Notes under the pieces: generated by a model
Database searches by the model: none
The model's input: only the letters and a program-made list of their open reading frames with translations
Told to the model about the DNA's origin: nothing
In this document: positions 57,201 to 64,000 of the stretch, in pieces
Layout of the letters: each line of letters begins with the position of its first letter
How positions within the stretch are numbered: the first letter of the stretch is position 1
Assembly (NCBI GenBank): GCA_000708835.1
Contig: DF237342.1
Location: forward strand, 22,537-86,536
Source: Klebsormidium nitens
Lineage: Eukaryota > Plantae > Klebsormidiophyceae
DNA: 64,000 nt
Reading direction: 5' to 3'
Position numbers and translations under genes: made by a program

Positions 57201-59225
57201 GGTCACTCGGGGCGGCCCCAGGGAAGACGAAAAAGGGTAAGCCCATTGCATTTTTCAATCAGCTATCACAATCCTTTTGATGAACTTCTTACTTGCTATA
57301 AATATTGTAGTAAACTTAGTGAAGTTTTTCAGTTTGCGAGAGTGAGGGCGCTTTCAGGGCGTATTCCACCTTAGCTAAGATTGCTTCGTTGACTTTTGCA
57401 CACATCAGTCGCACGGATGAAAGAGGGCGTGGCATATTCGCCTGACGCGCTTCGCCGGACCTGCGAAAAAGAATGAGATTCAATTGGCCGACTTCTTGCA
57501 CAGAGCATGCTGGCGGCTGGATGAATGCATCGTAAAAATGATCGAGAAAGACAACATCAAGCTGCTCCTTCTGATAGAGGACTGTACTTGCTTATAAGCA
57601 CTGTAGATGTCAGGATTTGTCTTGTACATACAAAAGCTGATAACCGAGTACTTCGCCAGCCAAGCAATGGTTTACTCAGAAGCATCGCCTTCGTATTTAG
57701 TGCTTAGGGTCCATCCAAAGTGCTTCCGATCAAAAAATTTACCCCGAGAGGCACTCGTTAATTTATTCTTCCTCCCTGGCGAAGTCTGCGAAGAACACGA
57801 CTCTGCATCGGTTGCTGCAGGAGAGCTCCACTTCGAGAAGAACCCGAAGAACCGGGACCCCGAAAGCGGCCGTCGGCGGCATCTCGAGGAGGTTACTGGG
57901 CGCGTTTACGTTGAGCCGAGCAAAGAGCAAATCGCTGCGGCGGCAGCGGCCGCGCAGAAGGCTGCAAAGCGGATTCCGGCGGAACGGCTGCCGTTCGTGC
58001 TGGACATGAAGACGTCGCACGTGGACCGCGTCTTTTGGAGGGTGGGTTAAGCAAAGTCCTTCTTTAAACAGTGACGGACTTGGCAGATACCGAATCGAGA
58101 GGACATGCTGAGGTGTTTCTAATCAGAACCCTCGACCTGTGGAAGAGACTTCTGTGAGCCAACGTCGCCTTTGGCCGCTGTTGAAGGGGCAATTGGATGT
58201 AGCTCGCCGCACCTTTGGACAGTCGAGTTGATGGTTTACTCGTCGGTCACTCGTAGGGCCTCTTTAGAAAAGGTTCAGAGGACTTTATAGTTGTCTAAGG
58301 AATTACATAGTCACTTCTTCTGTCACCGCAGGGCTTGCCGCCGCTTTCCTCGAATCGATACTTTGCCCGGCGACTGCAAGGTTTACCTCCACTACGCGCG
58401 GGGTGTAATTTGAAGAACGTTCAGAAAAACTCATGAGGGTTTCAATTGAGCACTCTTTCTAACGCAGAGCCTGCCGCCCGCTTTTCTGGACGCCCTGGAT
58501 CTGCCTCGCGACTGCAAGCTGTACCTCCAAAACGCGCACGATCTTATCCAAGAGATAATCCGAAACTTTATAACCGTTCAGAAACTCATATACTCACTTC
58601 TTCAACCGCAGGGCCTGCCGCCGGCGTTCCTCGACGTGCTGGACCTGCCGCGCTACTGCAAGGTCTACCTCCAGAACTCGCGCGGTTTTATTCAGCGGAC
58701 TTTACTACATTATGGAATACCCAGCATTCACATCCTCTATCGCAGGGCCTGCCGCCCGCTTTCCTGGACGCGCTTGATCTGCCCCGCGACTGCAAGGTCT
58801 ACCTCCAGAACGCGCGCGGGTTCGTCTGGGAAGCCACGTTGCTGATCGAGCAACAGAAGGGGCTGTCCGGCGGCTGGCGCAAGTTCGCGGTGGACCACCA
58901 GCTGGAGTTCGGCGACCACGTGATCTTGGACGTCCGCGAAAAGGTCGCCGTTCCGAACGGTTCGGATGCCGTCGGCGTGACGATACTCGTCCGGATCTTC
59001 CGGGCGAAGTGGGACGGTCGGGAAGACGACTGCCGGGCGTTTGCGTTTGTACCGGTCGAAGGGAAGGTGGTCGGAAAGACCACGGCCTACGAGGGGAAGA
59101 GGGAAAATGGGGTCAAGCGGGAACCCGGGGTTAAGAAGGTAAAGAAGGTAAAGAAGGAACTCAGGGTGACGAGCAAAGGAGGGGTCAAGAAGGAAAGCGG
59201 GGTCAAGAAGGAGAAGCGGGGTTGA
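51296..59225 (+). CDS. REM/VRN1-like transcription factor with three B3 domains (B3-B), paralogue of B3-A; exons 51296-52583, 53067-53176, 53607-54524, 55292-55630, 56099-~56474, 57102-57236, 57821-58041, 58746-59225
   Basis: Three B3-like segments (FSGGWKGFAEDHGLVPGDSVLFE; LSGGWRGFSIDHRLEVGDALVFE; LSGGWRKFAVDHQLEFGDHVIL), each preceded by an intron after xW[L/R]. Phases are consistent. It shares the VKxEPLD and GSGLEDNDxGFDSEPEE motifs with B3-A. Confidence 0.87.
54690..55200 (+). repeat. Three progressively decayed copies of the start of the 55292 exon
   Basis: Acceptor equivalents at about 54704, about 54880 and 55099; the shared core CCAACCGGTCGCTCTCGTCGACTCC is visible in each. The 55099 copy has TGG>TAG. 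Confidence 0.8.
58320..58690 (+). repeat. Three copies of the acceptor and first ~25 codons of the last B3-B exon
   Basis: CGCAG|GGCCTGCCG...GACTGCAAGGTCTACCTCCA copies start at 58332, 58468 and 58612; functional start 58746 (steps of 136, 144, 134 bp). Confidence 0.92.
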
Positions 59226-61397
59226 GTGGATGTTGGTTTGCGGAAAGGGTGACTCAGAGGAATAAATGTTGGACACTTAGAGAGCGGGGAAGTTTTTGGG
59301 TCAGCAAGACGATGAGGAGTAACCCGCAGCGAGCGGGGGCTCGACCCGTAGGGTACAAAGTGCACTCGATCTGGGGGGCTCGGTGAAGGGTGTGTGGCAA
59401 CCCCCCACGCGACGGAGCCCGGGCTGAAGCATTGGTTAATTGACGACTGAGGTGACGCTTACAGCAGCGGCTGAATCAATGAGAGGGAGCGTCTACACAT
59501 TTGAGCGTTTGTACAGCGAAGGCTTTCGACGGTGACGAAAGGCGGGCTGTGGCCCCGAGGAAATAAAGGGTCGGGCCAGGGTGCCAGCTGGCAGGCGCGC
59601 GCATTGCCAGCCGCTGATAGCGTATCAGTGGTCAGTGGGGCGGGACCTACCCCACGGAAAAGGCGAAGAACAGACTGTAGACGACGTGCAAAGGTGTCCG
59701 GAAACGGCGTGCAGCAACCGTGAAGCGCCGATGAAGACCTCGAAGAGGTGGGCGAGGGACTCGATGATGATGCTGGAGCATAGATGCCGCGGCTCAGTAG
59801 AGTTCAATCACTAAGTAATTGCAGAACATTCCATTGTTTTGTTGTACTACTAACATCCATTCATTGCGTCGGAACTTTTGAGAGTAGTGGAGTCCCTCCA
59901 TGGACAGGTAGGATTGTTTACAAGCATGCTTGTGGCTCGCCACGGGCCAAGACTAAGTATTTCTCATGACCACGTTTCTTGCGCGGCAAGACGAATTGAT
60001 GGGCGCCCATCTTCTCAACCCTTTTTCCAAGAATTCCTAAGTTGCGAACGGTTCCCGGCATGGTCTGAGGCAAGGTATGCGACAGTCTGCAGAGAGAGTC
60101 TCACTTCAGTACGCGGAAGAAGTCCTCTGATCAGAATAGTCGATCTCGGCCGCTGAGCTGTTCGACGTACTGGCTTGAGTGCGGTTGATTGGCCCAGAAT
60201 CGTACTACGGCTGGTCTTACACAGATACATTCCGTCAGCGCCCATCATGGTGGGTACGGTTTATAAAGATGGTGACTCACCATGTACAACAATGTTATAA
60301 GCAGCACATGGTTGCAATCCGGTCTGTCATACCAGTGAGTTCACGTTGGCTTGTGCACATGATGCTGGCACGAGTCGAAGGTCTAGCTGCTGAACGGGCA
60401 TCTCGCGAGGAGGACGGTCATTCAAAGTATAATCAGGTCCATCATGCGGAGACCTGTGGATACTCATGCAGATCGTCATGCCTGGCCATGGAGTTTGCCG
60501 ATCCAGTCCTGGCCCGACCTTCAATACGCCCTCAATTGGCAAATTGAACTCACGTCATCAATTACGAGAGCTAGACCTGCGGCTGGAACCACATACTTAG
60601 AAGAAAATGGCTGCTCTTGGGCTTTGGCGCGTGGCTTTATCTTAGATTACGACGCTTAGAGTAGTATGGTCGCCATCCATAGAAGTTGATGGCCTTTCTT
60701 CCCACAGAACGCTCTGAAACAGGATATATCCACGCTCAAAACCATGGACGTTTTAGTACTGGGTCGGAAGAAGACGGCGGTTACATGTAAGGGCATTGCA
60801 GAGGTGCCGGTCGTAAAGTGGGGAAATCAGATAAATCACATACCATGCTATCCACTGCGAGCAGCGACTTACCAGACAAGCAGCTGCGAAGTTTGTGTCG
60901 GAATTTAATTGACAGAAGGACCATGTGCGAAGATATGCAAACTTTGCCACATGGTCTCGCTTATCTCACTTATCGGCACGCATGGTCATCGACAATGTTA
61001 GAATCAAGCGCGACTCCCACTTCAAACGGCAGGCATAATAGTATAAGACAAGAAGCTGCAACCTGTACAATATGTGTTAGGGTGATGGTTTATGACGCGT
61101 CATGCACAACGTGGGGCGTTTGTGGAGCCCCGAGTCTACGTTCTTCTCAAACAATAGGGAAACCAACGGTTTACGCAGATGAATTTCGACCACTCTCGTG
61201 AATCTAAGAAACCCCAACTGCTTCAATTGAATGACTTTCAAGGGCTCTCAATTGGTGCTGTCAGTTATCGTATGTGCCACTGTAAGGGAGTGCAAAGAAC
61301 GATCCCAGCCACCGATCGCGTCAACATCCATCAATTCCCAAGAAAGATCATTACTTCTTTGGGTCTTCTTGTTTCTTCAAAGGTGACATGCCATCCG

Positions 61398-63358
61398 TCA
61401 CGCGGGACCAGCTCCTTCGCCCGCGCCTCCTCCTTTCGGGCTCGACTTCGGTTCCGCGATTCCGATGACCATTGGGGCCTGGCAGTGCTTCCCGTGAGTC
61501 CTCCAATGAAGTTTCTGGTGCTCCTTGCTACAAAAACAAAGTCGGATACTCAGTCAGCTTGCAGTTTAAAGGTAAGAGTCCAAGCTTATGAGAAGGAGTG
61601 GTTCTTCTTTGATGTGTTCTCCGAATCAAAACGTCATGAGTAATGAGATTGAGTTAATTGTGGGGATATGGCCAACCGTGGAAAATCCAAATTAGATAAC
61701 AAGAAGAGACATGCTCAAGTCGCTCGGATGACAATGTTGAAGGGAAAGCCTCGTAGAGCAGAGAAAGACTGAGAAAGATAAGAGCCTTCCTTCCGCTAAG
61801 CACACTTGAATGCTTCCTCAAAATTAAGGTCGAATGGGATGAAGCACAACCTAGACAGCAAAGTTCCTACTTTCTGTTGTTGTGATCCTCATGAGAGATT
61901 CTTAATGAGGACAGAGGCTTCAAGCTGGTCTGAAAGGTCGACATCAACGGTATCTGCTATAGGTTATTTTCCTTTAAGCGCGATGCCGCATGCGAATTTT
62001 GGACCGATCAAAGGAAAGTAAGTCTTTCCTGGCTGCTAGCAAAGTGTCTCTCAAAACCTCCCGATTGAAGGTGCTTCCAGGCTTACCTGCAGTAGCGGGC
62101 CACTTGACAGCGCGCGCACTTGCTGAACCCCCCCGATTCTGGCTCGGGCCCAGCAGTGCACTGATTCCAAGAGCACACAATTTCCGCAGGGTAGGTCCCA
62201 AAAGTAGCATGCCTCCTGATGAACCTCCAACGCTCGTCCGAGTAGGAGCTGTAGGCACCAGGCCTAGGGTGGTCGCCGTCCATTCGCCTGAGATTGGGTG
62301 GAACCTGGCCTGATAAGATCGCGCTGAGGCGACTCCAAAATCCCTCTGACTATGGTGACGCCGCGTTGATGATGGCCTTGTGGACTTTGAGACGGGAGAC
62401 AGCGTCGAGCTGTTGCAGCTTCTTCAAAGCTTCCTCTGTCTCTATCAAGCGCACCAGCACCAGGTTGCATTTGCGTGCTGGACATTTGAGCCGCCGACTG
62501 TCGTCATCGGCAACAAGCGAGCTGGCTATCTCACGCCTGTGCGTACTCCCAAAGACCGTGCAGATGATGTCAAGCAAGCCTTTCTCTAGAGCCCAGACCT
62601 GGCTGTCCGCTGCGAATGCTAGCGACGCCAAAAAGCTTGACGAGAGGTATCTGAGGTCCCGAACCATTTCTGGGTCAGATGTGAGTCGTTTGGAAAAGTC
62701 TTTCGAGAAGACGCGCTTGAACCCGTCGAAGATTTCCGTTATATATATTCGGAAGACTCTTCAGAGCGTCTCGGAACAGCTTCGAGGTCCTGGCTAGATT
62801 GGCCAAGCCGTCTACCCCAAAGCGCACGAAGGCTGTTTCAACACCAGAGACTTCTGCTTGGTCTTCATAGAAGAGACTCTGAAGGCCCATTGTCAAATCG
62901 AGGGTGAACTCCTCTGCTAAAGCTCTAGCGACTGCCCCATCCTTCAGCAAGAAATCGACAACCACTTTGCTGTCTGTCAGCCTCAAGAGAGCCCCAGTGC
63001 TGGCGAATTTAAGAGGGTCGCTAGCATTTGATTCTTGCTTATCCTCGTCAGAGGAGACCGTTTCTTCGTAATCCTGGACCACTGAGTACGTCTGCATGCC
63101 TGGGCGCCTGCTAGGTGCATGCAGAACCCTTCCCAAAACCACCAGCAAAACAAACCCTCCATCAAATGCAGCCAGCTCTTGCAGTTTCCCAGAGTAGCTG
63201 TCCGTTTCACCTGCGCTTTCAAGTGCGTTCTTCAGCAATCGAGCACCGCTCAGAATCTCTTCTGGACTCTCTGACGTAAGCAGGGCGGCGCAGCGCTCTA
63301 CAAATCTATCCAGATCGCCGTCCTCCATGCTTGTAGAGGCTGCTTGTCCCTCTTGCAT
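61398..63358 (-). pseudogene. Disabled MYND-type zinc-finger gene with an N-terminal ARM/HEAT-like helical region; exons 63358-62087 and 61527-61398
   Basis: A phase-2 GT-AG intron joins CSWNQC...CARCQVARYC|SKEHQKLHWRTHGKHC, a complete MYND pattern. The reading is broken by a frameshift in a TA run near 62745 and by an in-frame TAG at 62352-62350. Confidence 0.8.
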
Positions 63359-64000
63359 ATAAGTGAAGGAGTCAAGTCCACTCGCCCTTTCGCCGACTCT
63401 ATGAAGGCTGAACGTAGATGTCTCTACTGTGGTCTGCTAGTACTTTCGGCCCATTAGATTGTACGTTGCCTCTCTCCTAACTGAGACCATAGTCCTGCCT
63501 TGCAATAAGTTTTGCTTCGCTCTTCCTTGCAATCCCTTGATTTAAGACCCTTCAGTCAGCTTCTTTGAGATGAGTCCCTTTCGTCGAGGGCTCCTCGACA
63601 GTGATGAATCTGTTCTTGCATGGAAAAGCTCTCGCGAGGCTTGCACCGCATCGTCGCTTTTTCAGGCTCCTGTCATTGTTATCATGTTGTGGCATTCGTC
63701 GGCATGCTCGCTGACAGACTTCAACCTTGGCGTGACGAACGCACGTACTAGTGCAGCCGCGTGCCGCGGACCGCCTAGTGATACGCGGCCGCGGTGGGCC
63801 AGCCGCCGAACCCAAGCCGCTGGAGGTTCTCAGCTATTAACGAGAACGTTAATAGATGATCGCAGTGCGAAGCACTGCGAATGTGTGATGGGAAGGGACA
63901 GAATAGGGTAGGCAAGATCGGCTCGTGCAAGGCTCACACAGACGTTCCCCGAGAGGGATAGCGCCGCGCTGCCTAGGCCGGTTTATTATGAATAGGACCG

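Noticed and set aside
59500-61300. Short ORFs as a gene or viral remnant
   Set aside because: Interrupted by stops, no recognisable domain and no consistent splice pattern.

Overview
Eukaryotic nuclear DNA with many introns, GC-rich exons and one 20-N assembly gap. Gene content and composition suggest a streptophyte alga such as Klebsormidium (inference). Most entries in the ORF track are antisense or off-frame shadows; the real genes only appear when exons are joined across GT/GC-AG introns. In order, the window holds: the 3' end of an LTO1/VKOR-thioredoxin gene (+); an FtsJ/RrmJ rRNA methyltransferase (-, 6 exons); a patatin-like phospholipase (+, 9 exons); an intronless protein with four Cys4 zinc-binding repeats (-); a 2xB3 REM-like gene (+); a convergent inverted pair of bacterial-type DUF900 alpha/beta hydrolases sharing an unrecognised N-terminal domain; an unknown, probably plastid-targeted protein (-); a 3xB3 paralogue (+); and a disabled MYND zinc-finger gene (-). 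The most striking signal is pervasive 'exon-edge echoes'. Introns next to GC-rich exons carry ladders of partial copies of the adjacent splice junction: acceptor plus exon start always upstream, exon end plus donor always downstream. The copies are mostly spaced about 110-190 bp apart and usually decay with distance. Some differ from the functional exon mainly at synonymous sites, and some offer in-frame alternative donors.
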